A stretch of DNA of 62,001 nt, the filler included, from Choristocarpus tenellus KU-1152 (taxonomy: Eukaryota > Protista > Phaeophyceae): the NCBI GenBank assembly GCA_964200185.2. It is 11 parts of 11 records of this genome, joined end to end, with 100 filler letters (N's around TTAATTAATTAA, not from the genome) between each part and the next. Parts side by side here need not be neighbours in the genome. Positions count along the whole stretch, not along the records: positions 26,460 to 29,830 come from CAXNAD020020480.1; positions 29,931 to 34,688 come from CAXNAD020013168.1; positions 34,789 to 38,630 come from CAXNAD020017617.1; positions 38,731 to 42,562 come from CAXNAD020017675.1; 7 more parts are not named here. One strand, written 5' to 3'. The position numbers and the translations under genes were made by a program. Of this stretch, positions 26,460 through 39,164 are shown piece after piece. The notes beneath the pieces are model-generated. The model was not told the DNA's origin and searched no databases. It worked only from the letters and a program-made list of their open reading frames with translations. Positions within the stretch are counted from its first letter, which is position 1. Each line of letters opens with the position of its first letter.

Positions 26460-29423
26460 GAGTAATGAACACGGTGGGAAGGCCAAAGACTATAGGAGAG
26501 GAGGTGAACTAGGGGAAGGAGGGCTGGGGTTGGGGCAGGGGGCGAGCAGGAGTACTTCCACCTTGAGAGAGTTACGACCCTCTGAGAAATTGCTACAGGA
26601 GGCTCTGGGTGCTGTGCTGAGAGATGCAGAAGTGGTGAAGGTCGGCTTTGTGCCTCAGGTGCAAGTAGAGTGTGCGCGTGGAGGGAGGGGGGGGGAGAGG
26701 GGGGAGAGGAGGGCGGGGACATCTGCGTCTGTTGATTTTGGGAAGGGTTCATAACTTTTTGCATTTTTTATTTATCCTGACCTAGCATCGCTTGTTAGGG
26801 TTAGGGGTATCTGCAGTGCTATTGGGTTAGATGTTCTCAGTCTGTTCTATCCAGAATACAGAGGTGCAATAGGGAGGAGGCTATCGGGTAAGGGGAGTGC
26901 TGGACATGTTTTGGGGGCCTATTGGTACTGTCAAGGGCAGTGTATGCTCTCCCCCCAAACTGTAATTCCATCAGGCTGTTACTGTATTGAAGTTGTTGAC
27001 TGGTGGTGTACTGCCACAGATTGGTTTGTTTATTGTGTTACTGTGTGAATTGGTCGGCTGCTAGGGGTAGGAGTGTGTCGAGATTGTTTCATAGAGACAT
27101 TTTTTGTGCGGCATTTGTGCTTTTGTCTCATTAAAATCTCATTGTGAAAAAAATCAACTGCTTTGCTCTGTGTTGATGAGTTTGGAATGGTTAGTTAGAT
27201 TTTGGTCAAGATGTCATCTAGCGTGAAAGAATTTTTGTGAGATTTGGATTTAGTATTGGACATACCCAGCCAAGCATCGTCTAAGCTCCCCAAGTGTTAA
27301 TGTCAGTCAAGATATTACTACTGTCCTCCACTGCAGCACATTTTTCCTGCGATGGACCTTTGTGCTCTGGTGGAATATGCAGTATCTCAATATCTGGACA
27401 ATATCAGACAATATCAGAGATTGGGGTTGCTGCCCGGCTTAACCCATGGGCTATTGTCCCTCTAGTTTGTCCTTTGTCTCGACCAGCTGTCATTTCAATT
27501 GTTTACCTTCCTCCAGGAGCTCGCCCAGGACCCCCATGTCCATTTTTTATCTCCCGCTGTAAAGAGAGTGGAGGAAGTTGGCCAGTTGGTTTTCAATCCT
27601 ATGGGCGTTGCCTTTTTCAGGACTGCCCACTGTTAGCTGTTCAACTGGGGCACAGCAGTACAGTGTGGTGGTGGTTTCTCAGCATGTTGACTCACTGAGG
27701 CATTTGCCATTCCAAGGGATGCACTGGGGGTAGGGGTTGGCAATTGAACTAGGCGTATTGTGCATCCTTCTTGTATGGCAATGTGTTCTGGTTGCACCCT
27801 TTCCAGGATGGTCGTGAACTCTCCTCTTGTGGTTATCCCGACAGTGGAGGGGGGGGGGCAAGGAGAGAAAAAATTTTAATATCTTGGTCCTCAGGGTTTT
27901 GAGGTGGGGTATCCCACAGTGGATGGAGTTCGGTAGAATCGCTACCATCACTACTTGAATCTCACTACTTGAATCTCCGTTGAACCTCTCAGAAGAGTAG
28001 GTGAGAAGGAAGTGTGTGTGACCTTAGATCTTTCTTATCTGTAGTCAGACCATTTCCTTGGTCAGTGAGGTATCTCATTACTGCAACTGATAAAATATTG
28101 TTAGGAAGAGCTTCCCAGTGATCAGCACCTGTATTACTATCCTATACCCTTGGATGGACATGTGACATTAAAAAAAAAAGTGTATGGCACCTGTTGACAT
28201 AAATAACCCTCTCTCCTCCTCCCACCCCTTCCCCTATCCCTCTACCTCTTCTGACTTCAGTCAGACCTGGTGAAACTCATGCGCTCGTACCCTCATATAC
28301 CGTGCTTTGCTGAAGTGACCAGTGTCATCAACCTCTCTGGATTGGCTAGAAATGCCGAAAGCCTGCGAGGCGTCCCAGCTGAGGAGAAGGGCTCTCTGAG
28401 CAGACTGAGCAATCTTGTCTTGGGTGAGAGAGAGGGAAGGAGCTGACTGGTGTGCCCTGGTCCCCTCTGATTCCTCCTGTTCCCTTTTATGGCTAGTGTC
28501 ATTATTTTGTTGGGGGCGGAGGGGGGGGGGCGTCAATCGAGTCTGAGAATGTCAATGTTGCACCTCAAATATTGCTCTTGAAAAGAAAAAAAAGAATGAG
28601 AACTGCTTCGCCCCCATTTGGGTAAATTCTTCGCATGCTGTCCTTTTCCATCATTGTGATATCTCCATTGGTTTGTATTCATAGCATTGAGGTGACAAGT
28701 TGTATCTCTGGCTACAGGGTGGCAAACTTGTTGGGGATTTTTGATACTACAGTAGATTGTAATTCATACAACCTGCGCTATCAGCGTTGTCCTATTGAGA
28801 TACACTGTGGATGTGAGAATTCTGTTCTCCAATACCTGTAGGGTATTATAGTCATTTTTTGTTCCCTTTTTCAGACCTGCACAAGTCCTTCACCGCCTTT
28901 GCATAGCTGACACAAGAACAGCCCTTTCGGTGTGATACCTTCTACTATGCCATAGACACCATCCACATATACATGCCTCCTTGTATTGCTGGTCCTTGAT
29001 CACCTTACCCAGCACACCCCAACCCTAACCCTAACCACATGCTCTAGATTTTTTCGACTGATTTTTGACCTACTTCTCACCCCCCGAAAGGTATACACGG
29101 ACACCCCCTCTCATAGGGTATACCCTCCTCTCATTAATACACAATGTAAATCAAGCACCCATTGAGTGTACTAAAGCGTAGCCCGTTTCTGTTCTGATTT
29201 TTTTTTTGTTCTGGCCTGACTGACTTCGTGTCCATGTACACGACGCCACAATCCTCGAAACGCAATAACAATAATAATCAATACTGTCGAGAAAGGAAAG
29301 CCCCTGAACAAGGGGGAGCAGTGCGCCAACTGGGGCATGCGGCCGCTATCAAACAGGCAAAAGAGGTACGCCGCTCTTGACGCACGAGCCACGCTCTTGA
29401 TCTACCGAAAGCTGGCACCAGAG
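26460..29423 (+). CDS. DEDDy 3'-5' exonuclease domain protein, Mut-7/EXD3/WRN-exo-like (exons 26460-26658, 28261-28423, 29296-29423; partial)
   Basis: The spliced product AVLRDAEVVKVGF..QSDLVKL...SLSRLSNLVLGKPLNKGEQCANWGMRPLSNRQKRYAALDARATLLIYRKL contains the Exo II and Exo III (YAALDA) motifs. Confidence 0.88.
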
Positions 29424-29930
29424 GTAGGTGTAGGTGTCAAAGCCGGGTACATTTGCATTGTAGACTTTGAACTGAGGTTGAGCCTAGCTCTTCGCTGGGG
29501 CTGTCTGGGCGGAGGGAGTAGAGTGGGATTGGGGGCGAGAATGTGGACTTGGGCGTAGGCTGCAGTTCTGTAAAAAACGTTTACGGTGCATCGGGAGATT
29601 TTGAATCGTCCTGAAGGGATTGAGGAGATTCACAGTTGTTACTAGTGACTTTATCGAGGAGGATGTGAAAGAACCATGTGGAGGGGTCGGTCATGAGTGA
29701 TAACGTTATCTGTATGGGTTGAGAAGGTATCTTTGCTTAGGGTCTGCCTGTGGGGGGGGGGGGGGGGTGTTGTTCTCCTTTTTTTTTGAGCTTTTTTTTT
29801 TGCTTGTGGAGTTGTCGGTTGGGGATGTGTNNNNNNNNNNNNNNNNNNNNNNNNNNNNNNNNNNNNNNNNNNNNTTAATTAATTAANNNNNNNNNNNNNN
29901 NNNNNNNNNNNNNNNNNNNNNNNNNNNNNN

Positions 29931-30382
29931 GAGATTGGAGGTGGCAGTAGCTGCTATGGATTGCTTCCCACAACCCCCCCCCCCTGATGCCCCACAGATG
30001 ACAGGTAGGCAGGGTAAAGGGGAAGGGTGGCTACAAGGGGGCAAGCAACATGTGTCTTGAGTAGAATAGTAATTGAACGCAAGTTGAGACCAGAGGAGGC
30101 TTTGCATTCGGGGAGGACAGGGGGAGCCACGAGATTGGCAACCATGGGGATATTAGAGCTAGTAATACAGAGGAAGGGAAGATGGAAGTCGAGTGTATTG
30201 ATGGTATATGTCAGGGCTAACCAGAGGGACCCAGTGTGGGTTTTGAAGGGCTTGATAGAGAGTAGGAAGGACTGGGTTCAACCAGGGTAGGAGATAGAGG
30301 GATAAACTAGGAGAGAAATCAACCCCGAAAGGGGAGGTCAAGTTCGGGAGGGGTAGACTTCTTCTAGCTCAAAGGCACGGTA
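29931..30382 (+). mobile_element. Degenerate tyrosine-recombinase retroelement (DIRS/Ngaro-like) 3' fragment
   Basis: ALHSGRTGGATRLA...IQRKGRWKSSVLMVYVRAN carries the YR box II motifs (H..R, GRW.S, Y). It is frameshifted upstream and followed by a terminal sequence ending TTCTAGCTCAAAGGCACGGTA. Confidence 0.8.
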
Positions 30383-31542
30383 TGAAGTGGATAATGAAGA
30401 GGTGTTCTTGTATAATTGTGGAATGGTGTTGAGTGGAGTGGTAACTGTTGAAACCTGAATCGAATGCATCGTACGTGTTAAGCAAAATGCATAGACAACG
30501 AGTGATGAGGAATCATGGTGTTGCAAGGCACCGATGAGTGATATGCGTAGTCCATGTTATGGATAGATGCGATTATGCTGCAATGAACTGATGTATTTAT
30601 TCTGTTGTAACTAAGGTCATTGATCTCTCAGTCAAAATGATGTAATGTGAATTCAGTGTTCTTTCGTGAGATACTCAACGAAAGAAGTCCATGCTTTGTG
30701 GAGAGGCTTGTTACCTTGGCTGGCAAGGGTTTCCGCGGATGGTTTTGACTCTGATTATATTATATCCATGTGTGCGTTTGGTATTCTTTTTGCAGATTGA
30801 GCTTGGTGCATTGTGAGTAATCAATGTCAGCCACGAAAGAAATAATAATCATCAACGTACAACTGTCATCGTCTGCTGATAAGAAGAAGGAAGAGTGAAG
30901 AAAAAACAAACAAGGGAACAGCAGAGCAAACAGGAACCAATGTGTGATGCAACTTAAGTAACATATACTATTCTTGCGTGTGGAACTCAGAGTGACTGTT
31001 CTCTACTACGGTGTTCCGATAGTCATTGATGTGGTGATGATGAACTTGTGACAGTAATGTCCAGAGCGTAACAGACCAATCGACAGTCAGTGCTGGCTGG
31101 TGGAACTGTATCGTATTAAGGAACAAACAGATGAGTAGCCTATGTTTTAACACCCTCCCCCGACTGAAAGAAGTGGAACACTGTTGAAGGAGTGTGACGT
31201 ACGGCTACTGCCAGGAGAAAAATATCCAAAATGTTGAACAAAAGAGAATACACCTTAAAAAAGGTGGGGGACTACAGAATACTAGCAGAATTGAGAAGTT
31301 GAATTCAGGAAAAAAATCCAATACTTCCAGGGAAGACACAAAATAACACAAACCATATCCAGATGTATCTGGTGAAGACAGTCATAATAAGAATCGAAAA
31401 AACAACAAATGGTAACACCTTGCTACGAGTCAATTTCCTACGTTGGGGGAATATGTAGAAATCGAAGATCTTGGAAATGTTGTTTGTGGTCTTGTTCAAA
31501 TATTATCAGCTAGTTGGTGTCGTGAGTTAGAGTGACAGCCAG

Positions 31543-31810
31543 CGATGTCCATGCTATCTGCGTACAGGAATGAAGTAGTGGTGGGGTTCTTGCGAGTGAT
31601 GTCCATGACGTTCTGCATACATGAACGTTGTGCTGCTCTTTGGTTGTAAGTAGTGCTGTCCATGGCGTCTGCCGACACGAACTAAGTAAGTGCTGCTCTG
31701 TGATTTTAAGTAGCGGTGTCCATGACGTCTTCGTCTACGAACGAAGTGCTGCTCTGCGGTTGCATGTAGTGATGTCGATGACGTCTTCGTACACGAACGG
31801 AGTGTGTGTT
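31543..31810. repeat. Degenerate ~55-60-bp tandem repeat (G.TGTCCATG.CGTC...ACGAACG..GTGCTGCTCT), ~5 units
   Basis: Recurring GTCCATG and GAACG anchors at regular spacing. Confidence 0.75.
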
Positions 31811-32385
31811 GATGTTGTAGGGGGAGGCTTGAGCAATTTCTGTGATGTGTGGGGTTGTTGAGTCTTGAGCAGGTACTGTGGTGTAATGTGTGGGGTTGGG
31901 TCTTGGGCAGTTTGAGTGGTGTGTGTGCAGGCGTGGAGTCTTGAGCGATTTCTATGATGTGTGGGGGGGTGTCGTGAGCAGGTTCTGTGATGTGTTGGGG
32001 GTAGTCTTGAGCGGGTTCTGTGGTGAGGGTCTTGACCAGGTTCAGTGGTGTGCATGTAGGGGTGATTTTGAGCAGTTGCTGTGGTGTGTGTGGTGGGGTC
32101 TTGGGCAGGTTCAGTGGTGTGTGTATAGAGGGTCTTGGGCAAGCGATGTGGTGTGTGTGGTGGGTTTTGAGCAGGTTCAGTGGTGTGTGTATAGGGGGTC
32201 TTGGGCAAGCGATGTGGTGTGTGTGGTGGGTCTCGAGCAGGTTCAGTGGCGTGTGTAGAGGGTCTTGGGCAAGTGATGGCGTGTGTGAGGGTGGTAGGTC
32301 TTGGATAAGTGATGTGGTGTGTGTGGTGGGGATGGTCTTGGGTAAGTGATGTGGTGTATGTGCGGGGGTGGTCTTGGGCATGGAT
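31811..32385. repeat. GT-rich ~33-bp degenerate minisatellite (GGTCTTG(G/A)GCA(G/A)G...GTGGTGTGTGT)
   Basis: GGTCTTG recurs about every 33-36 bp, with alternating subtypes forming a higher-order ~69-bp dimer. Confidence 0.85.
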
Positions 32386-33431
32386 GGTGAGTACAAGGCG
32401 TCCAAGCTCCGAAGTCCGTGTCTGGCCATTGTAATTCAGTAGATGTGGGTGTGGGTAGTCACTGTAGTCCAGCCAGTAGTCACCATACCACAGGTGGAGT
32501 ACACAAATGATGGCTTGAACCAGGTACCAGCAGGACAATGAAGGACAATGAGACAGGTGATGATGAGTGTTGCTGCAACAGTCCAGTGAAGGTGCCTTGC
32601 CAATGTGTAGGGAGATGGAGGTTCCCCATGTCGGGGGCAGTGATGAGATGTGCAGGGGTAAAAAGGTGTGACAAGAGGTGGTGGGTGGTGCGTTTGAAAG
32701 GAGAGATTAGCCAGGGGAAGAGCTGTGCAGCCAGGGTGAGGTATGATTGTGGTGAGGTAGGTTGTGGGTGTGTGCTTGGTCGTGATTGGTGGTAGGTGGG
32801 AGGGGAGGTGGTGGGTGAGTGATAGGCAGGCGGTGGGGTTGTTGATGTGGTGCTCGCTCGGCATGCTGTGTCAGTGAGAGTGGGGTATGATGTGGGAGGA
32901 ACACCAGGCGTCAGGGAGTGTGGCAGGGGCGTGAAATGGTGGTGGGGTGGGCGCATAGGGTGGTGGTCAGGTGGGGACAGGAGGACAGTTTGGAAATTGG
33001 CGCAGGGGGTGTCTGGGTTGGTGACAGTAGCTGCAGTGGAGAGCTCGAACAAAAGGAGTAAGGTTGAGGGGTCCCCGACTCAGCTCTTAGCCTTGCAGAG
33101 GCGTATGAGACACTGGTCGGGATCCTTGTCAGTTTCCATTGTACAATGCTCTGAGCAGTGACAAACAATACATCTCCGTTGTTCTATCAATGGCCAGCCA
33201 GTGCGACCCCTTCGCCACTGATTTCCAGTCACCCTCCCTATCTGATGACCAACCAGTGTTTCCCCTTTCACTACTGACTTTGGGTCACTACCACACCATT
33301 CAACCCCACTCGACCCCCCACCAGTTACCACTTCACTCAACCCCACCCCACTTCCCATTCCACCACACCATTGAACACCACTCAACCCCACACCACAATA
33401 ATCTAAGAACACCCTTTCATCATCCCCTCCT

Positions 33432-34020
33432 TACCGTGCCTTTGAGCTAGAAGACATCTTCCCCGCCCAATCTTAACCTCCCCTCCCTTTCGAGGTTGAT
33501 TTTCCTTCTAGGTCAAACTGTAATAATTCCTGTCCTGATTGAACCCAATCCTTCCTACTCTCTGCCAGACTCTTCAAACCCAAACCAGGTCACTCTGGTT
33601 GACCCTGACATATACCATGAACGCATTCGACTTCCACCTCCCCTCCCTCTGTATTACCATCTCTGATACTCCCATGGTTGCCAGCCTGGTGGCTCCCCCT
33701 ATCCTCCCTGAATACAAACCATACTCTTCTGGTCTCAACTTAAGCTCTTCCACTATTCTTCTCAGGTTACATATTGCTTGCCCCTTCATCGCTACACCCC
33801 CATTATTGCCACTCTTGTCAATCCCCCTATCTCCTGCCCAAGTACAAGGCGCATACTCTTCTGATCTCAACCTATATTCCCCCACTATTCGTTTCAAGAC
33901 GCCTGTTGTTGCTTGGCTCCTTGTAATCACCCTTCACCTCTCCCCATTCCTGTATGTCCCAAATGGGGTGTCCGGAGGGAGTTCTGCAATGTATTCCACA
34001 ATTGCTACCAACTTATAATC
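33432..34020 (-). mobile_element. Second, inverted degenerate tyrosine-recombinase element fragment with an internal partial duplication
   Basis: YGLYSGRIGGATRLATMGVSEMVIQREGRWKSNAFMVYVRVN, with in-frame stops and the same TTCTAGCTCAAAGGCACGGTA terminus as the 29931-30382 copy. Confidence 0.8.
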
Positions 34021-34151
34021 CCCCATATTATTCTCCTACTCACACCCTTTGGCCCCGAGGAAATCATGATGTGTTTTGTGGGAAGTTTGACGTTAGGAAT
34101 TTGTTTGCGGAAATGGGATTGCTGAGATCTTAGTATTTGATTGTACATACT

Positions 34152-34397
34152 GAGTGAAAGTATCTTAGAGGGTACAACTTTTGTTCTGTTTGTCCATTTG
34201 GCGCTTTACCTCCCTCGGGGTTTTTATGACATTTTCCTACTCCAAAATTTTCGGAGTGGGTAAAATCTATACACGTTATGAAAAGGTGGATATTGACACT
34301 TCCTAACAAACATGATAGTCAAAATTAGATTGAAATCGCAACACTGGATTTTGACCCCCAAATGGACGCGGCTCTACCCTCTAAGATACTTTGGCTC
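34152..34397. mobile_element. Sola2-like MITE, subfamily A (246 bp)
   Basis: TIRs GAGTGAAAGTATCTTAGAGGGTA ... TACCCTCTAAGATACTTTGGCTC, flanked by ACT/ACT. Homologous to the copies at 44936, 50458 and 57582. Confidence 0.88.
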
Positions 34398-35099
34398 ACT
34401 TGGTTCCCCCTACTCTTGTACCAACGCCACGCAAACTCCACTCGGGCCTTCCCATCATCCAACTCTTGACTTCTTCGGTCACACCACCTGCTCAATCCAC
34501 TCTATGTACAGAATTCAGACCAACGTTCTCATCACACTTCTGACTAGATGGCGCAACCAAGTCTCTGGTCTACAGGGCTGCAAGGCGCTTAATCACATCA
34601 TCTCCCATTCCCAACCCCGGGTCTGTTCTGTTCGATTAGACTCTTCCAACTCTACCGGGCAGTTACGGTAAAATATGTATGGAGTAATNNNNNNNNNNNN
34701 NNNNNNNNNNNNNNNNNNNNNNNNNNNNNNNNTTAATTAATTAANNNNNNNNNNNNNNNNNNNNNNNNNNNNNNNNNNNNNNNNNNNNTCGATACCACGG
34801 TATAACGCTATATAGCATACGGTAATAACGGTATAATAACAGGCAAACATGCTTTCCACATACTACCAAATATTCTTTCGAGGTGTCTGTATGTAAGAGT
34901 GTTTGGATACATCCATATGTATGTAGGGTATATGATTCTTATGAATCATCCCCTCCTTTGTGTAAGCCTGCATCACTCTAGTGTAGAGACCACATAATAT
35001 ACCCTTGCCTACAATATGTGTCCTCCTTCTACCTACCACTTATGTACAAAGCAGCCTTTCCTGAATCCTCAGAAACTCGATTACCTCACTCTGAGAGGC

Positions 35100-36510
35100 T
35101 TCACCTCTTTCGCCTTTTCAAGTTTACCCTGTTTTGATTGCTTGTACTATCCTGTATAGACAGGCTCTCCACCATATTCCAGAGAGCAAGAAGAGAATAT
35201 AACCCATCAAGGGCACCCTCATCAAAGGTATGCTTGCATGCAATGGCGAGCCTGGCAAAGGACAACGCCCGCGAAGTAAATGCAGTTGTCTCACTGTCAT
35301 CATCGGCACTCGCGTTAAGCTTGACAAAATCCAAGACTAGATCGTGAACATAGTAGTCACCTTTCATGGGTTTAAGCGGAGAATAATTAATCACCAATAG
35401 GTTTACATATTTTTGGCATCTCCCAGTACAAAGAAAAGGCGTTAGCACCTCAATCCCCCACACATCGTCAAGAACGGCCAAGGACTTCATGTTGGTAAAA
35501 TTGTCGTGGGCCACCTGTCAAGGCGTGGGTCAGAAGATCCCTTGCTAGATGTCGACGGTGCACAACTTACTCAAGAGCATCCCGACCTACTCTTACCCAG
35601 GCTATCCCCTATGGAAACACAACATCGACCCCGACACAGCGACCATGCTCGTGGCACTGATCTCCCCAGGTCCGGAAGTATCTTGTCCAAAAACGAAATA
35701 TTAGAGGCCAAGCTGCTTCCAGACCTCTTTACCTGACTTGGGGTTTGAGGCATCCACAGTAGTAGATGATGGTGCTTGCCCATCATTCGCATCCAGGTTT
35801 GATGAATTTGTATAATCAGGACACACCGAACTAAACCTACCCAATAGTGGTTATGTGTACCAATTATTATCATAAGTTTGTTGAAAATAAGTGTAAGAGG
35901 TGGAAGGTTGAGGCAAATATGAGGAAAAATCGGGTAAACCTTTTTGCAATTCTGGTTGGTTCAACTTCAATCAGGTTAGAAGAAAGATAGATATGTATTC
36001 AGGTGTCGATTTTATATCGTCTCCCCTACATTATGTTTTTGAGCACTTGTTCTCTTCCTATCGTCAATGCGTAGCGGTTGAAGGCCGCTCAATTCCTGAA
36101 GAAAGGATTTCCTCAAGTCTCCATTCGTTTCACGAGAGAAGACGAAAGTCACCACTTGTTGGACTTTTGTATTTCGTGGAACCTCATCATGTTGGCATGG
36201 GTCTTCGTTGCTCCATACTGGTGCACCCAAACCTGGATCCGGTCTCCTATACATGTAACTGACTGACCATATAGGACGTCTTTCGAAGTCAGAAGGCGGC
36301 CTCTTTGGTGTTGGGGTAGAACGCCACAGGTCAACAATACCCTGCGACTTATGTGCACCGTCAATGCTTGACTCTATATCTCCATGTTCTCGTTCCGTCC
36401 ATTCTCCTTTTCTTCCACGCCAAAAGCTTTCTGATGTACCCTCGGTGATACCATGTCGAGGGAGATCACAACGGGTGGTTAGCGGATGGCTATCGCTTCC
36501 TAGCACCTTA
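35100..36510 (-). pseudogene. NB-ARC (STAND ATPase, NLR-like) pseudogene
   Basis: Fragments lie in shifting frames with stops: GIAWVRVGR (RNBS-A-like), LAVLDDVW (Walker B), YYVHDLVLDFVK (MHD-like), GLYSLLALW. No intact P-loop was found. Confidence 0.65.
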
Positions 36511-37298
36511 TCTACACTTCCACGCTACTCTGAAAACCGCTATGGAAGGGTGGGCCTCTACAATACACGACTAAGTGCAAGAAATGGAAGTGAGGAAAGG
36601 TATGAACAGAGTCACAGGAGAGGGTGCCAATAGACTATACTAATACCAGCAAAATAGCAACATTTTTTTTGGATGAGAGTCAAGTGTTGCCACATTTGTA
36701 TTATTGCCACTTCAAGTTTTACCCACTATCGCGTCTCAGCACTCTGACACGTGGGTTGCATTGATATAGGTACCGGCCTCCAACCTGTTTCTTTCAGGGG
36801 GGAAGATCAAGATAGTATTGTTCCACATCGTTAAGATGATGAAAGAGTACATATGTGTCATAGAACTGGAGCTTTACTCAGGTGTGATTAATAAATTCCG
36901 CACTCTGTTATTTGTTGTAGCTTGTATGTGCTATGTACCAATACTTTTGATCGATTCCATGCGGCATTTTCGGCGGTGAAGGAGTTTGTTGCCTATTATA
37001 AAGTGCAGACCGTAGTAAGAAGAGGTCATTCACTTTGCTTTTCATGTTATGATGTTGGATCATCCCAGGGTAAGACCTGCTGCACTCAGCAAACTGTTGA
37101 CTTCATATATTAGACATTCCCAGAGAGATCAACAATATGCAAGGCACTCTGAAGTATATGGCTCTATTTTATGCAAAGTTTCTCTCAAGCAGAGGTGCAC
37201 AGACCACAACCACAGTCAACCCCCTCCCCCCTTCCCACTGCCTCTGACTAACTGCCTACTATTGTCTCACCGTCTTCCTTGATACCTTCATCAATCAG

Positions 37299-38539
37299 CA
37301 AGGGAGGGGCGAGAGATATCACTCGTACAGATGAAACCTTGAAGTGGCCAAACAAGGCAAGAGAGGGAAGCAAGGTTTCAGATACTTCCTCTGAAGAAGG
37401 GGTGCCTTCTACCACAGTGGTGTCTGTGGCTGATACAAACAGTGATCTAGGGGACAAGAGGTCGGGATCACAAGTAGGTTGGGTGTCCTCTTTCATTAGC
37501 AAGGTGCGAGAAGCTCTCCCAGGACCAACAGAGGCAAAGAAACTTGTACCTCTGGCACTTATGTTCTTTTTCATACTCTTCGACTACACAATCCTTCGGG
37601 ACACCAAGGTATGAAAGAGCATTTCCCTTTTATAGGTCGTACATCTTTCCCCCAATGTTCTCCAGACAGCCCCAAACCGAAACCCAAACCCATGTCAATG
37701 GAAGGCTTACCCCCCCCCCAGATACATCGTCAGTTGTTGGGGTGGGTTAAAATTGGCACAGTTACACAAATGCTTGGGGGCTTGTGTTGGCCTGGATACT
37801 CTCAGTAGTTGTGAGATGTAGTTGACGGTATAGAAAGGCAAAGCTGGGGCCCAAGCAGTCACAATACCCGTCAGCTAATGGTTCAGTTGTGATGTGTAGC
37901 TCAATGCTGAGATCGAGATGTTTCGAAAGTCCAGAATTTAAGTCTCTGTTTTGAACGATCTTTGAGGAAGATGACGATGATGAAGGAGCGGTATCGCTCT
38001 AGAGGGTATGAGAGAGTCAGTGCATGTTGGCTGTCAAGGTGCAACGGTATTCGGAGAACAAATGCACTAGACTGGAGTGTAGGAGGAGCCTGGTTGGGAT
38101 TAGCGTTGGCAGCGTCAAGAATGAACATGAGTGTTTGATAGTTGGATTTACTTTAGCATTGAGCAGTGCAAAGACCTTGTCATTTCCTTGATCAGACCCT
38201 TGCCATTTCTGTTTCGAGCCATATTTTCAAGCAGCTCTCACTGATAGGTAAGGCAAAGGAAGTACCCCCTCCAATGAAGAGCTTTCGCCAAGCAGTATAC
38301 ACATGTTGTGCAGCACCCTTTTTCGTACGGACGGCACCAACAAGCCTTCCTGACACCCCTCAAAACCCATGCGGCGACTGTTGCACCTCAATACGTGGCG
38401 TGCATTATAGGATGTCCTCGTTGTAACGGCGCCTAACAGTGGTGCAGAGATCATCCCATTTCTGAAGACCTACGTTAATCTCCCGGGGGCAGTGATGTTT
38501 ACACTCCTCTACTCCAAGCTTTGCAACTCTGTTCCCCAG
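37299..38539 (+). CDS. NTT: Plastidic-type ATP/ADP nucleotide transporter (NTT/TLC family), exons ~37299-37608 and 38411-38539; partial
   Basis: EAKKLVPLALMFFFILFDYTILRDTK|DVLVVTAPNSGAEIIPFLKTYVNLPGAVMFTLLYSKLCN is the TLC-family N-terminal signature. It is preceded by a Ser/Thr-rich extension that could be a targeting region. Confidence 0.93.
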
Positions 38540-39164
38540 GTGCGCCTTTCGTTGCTTGTGCAGGAGGGGTTGTAATTTATATTATGCACACCCCCCGAAT
38601 AGTGTGGCCGCGACCTCTAGGTTTGGGGGGNNNNNNNNNNNNNNNNNNNNNNNNNNNNNNNNNNNNNNNNNNNNTTAATTAATTAANNNNNNNNNNNNNN
38701 NNNNNNNNNNNNNNNNNNNNNNNNNNNNNNGTGTAGACCCCCCCCCCCCCCCAGATACTTTGGGTCAACACTAGAGTTTCATATTTTGGCAGCCTGTCAA
38801 TCTCACCAACCTACGGAAAATTTAGCTTGCTTTTTCTATTGTTTGCAGGGATCCTGCGTTGTAGTTCCAGGATAAGGACAGTACACATCCTATCACCTCG
38901 CCCCGCCTAAGGGAAGCTACTTCAAGTCTCTCCCACCTCACGTCCAAGTCTATACCAATGTATCCCGCCTGTCTACTACCCCTTGCTGCAGCCTTCATTC
39001 CACTCCAATCTCAATCGTTCTGTCCTCCTCACTCTCTCAGACATTTGTCCTACCGTCACTGCTATGAATGACCCTACCACACCCTCACCCACCCATGGAC
39101 TGTTGTTTCAACCCTCCCCAACCCTTCACCCCTATACCCACCTTGACAAATATATATGATGTAG

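Noticed and set aside
31554-32538. Long ORFs (291 aa and 267 aa) rich in His/Thr/Pro
   Set aside because: They are open frames produced by a GT-rich minisatellite, open in several frames and with no domain.
33060-33170. RRMRHWSGSLSVSIVQ resembling the C-terminus of a non-LTR retroelement
   Set aside because: It is too short, and no RT or endonuclease motifs are nearby.
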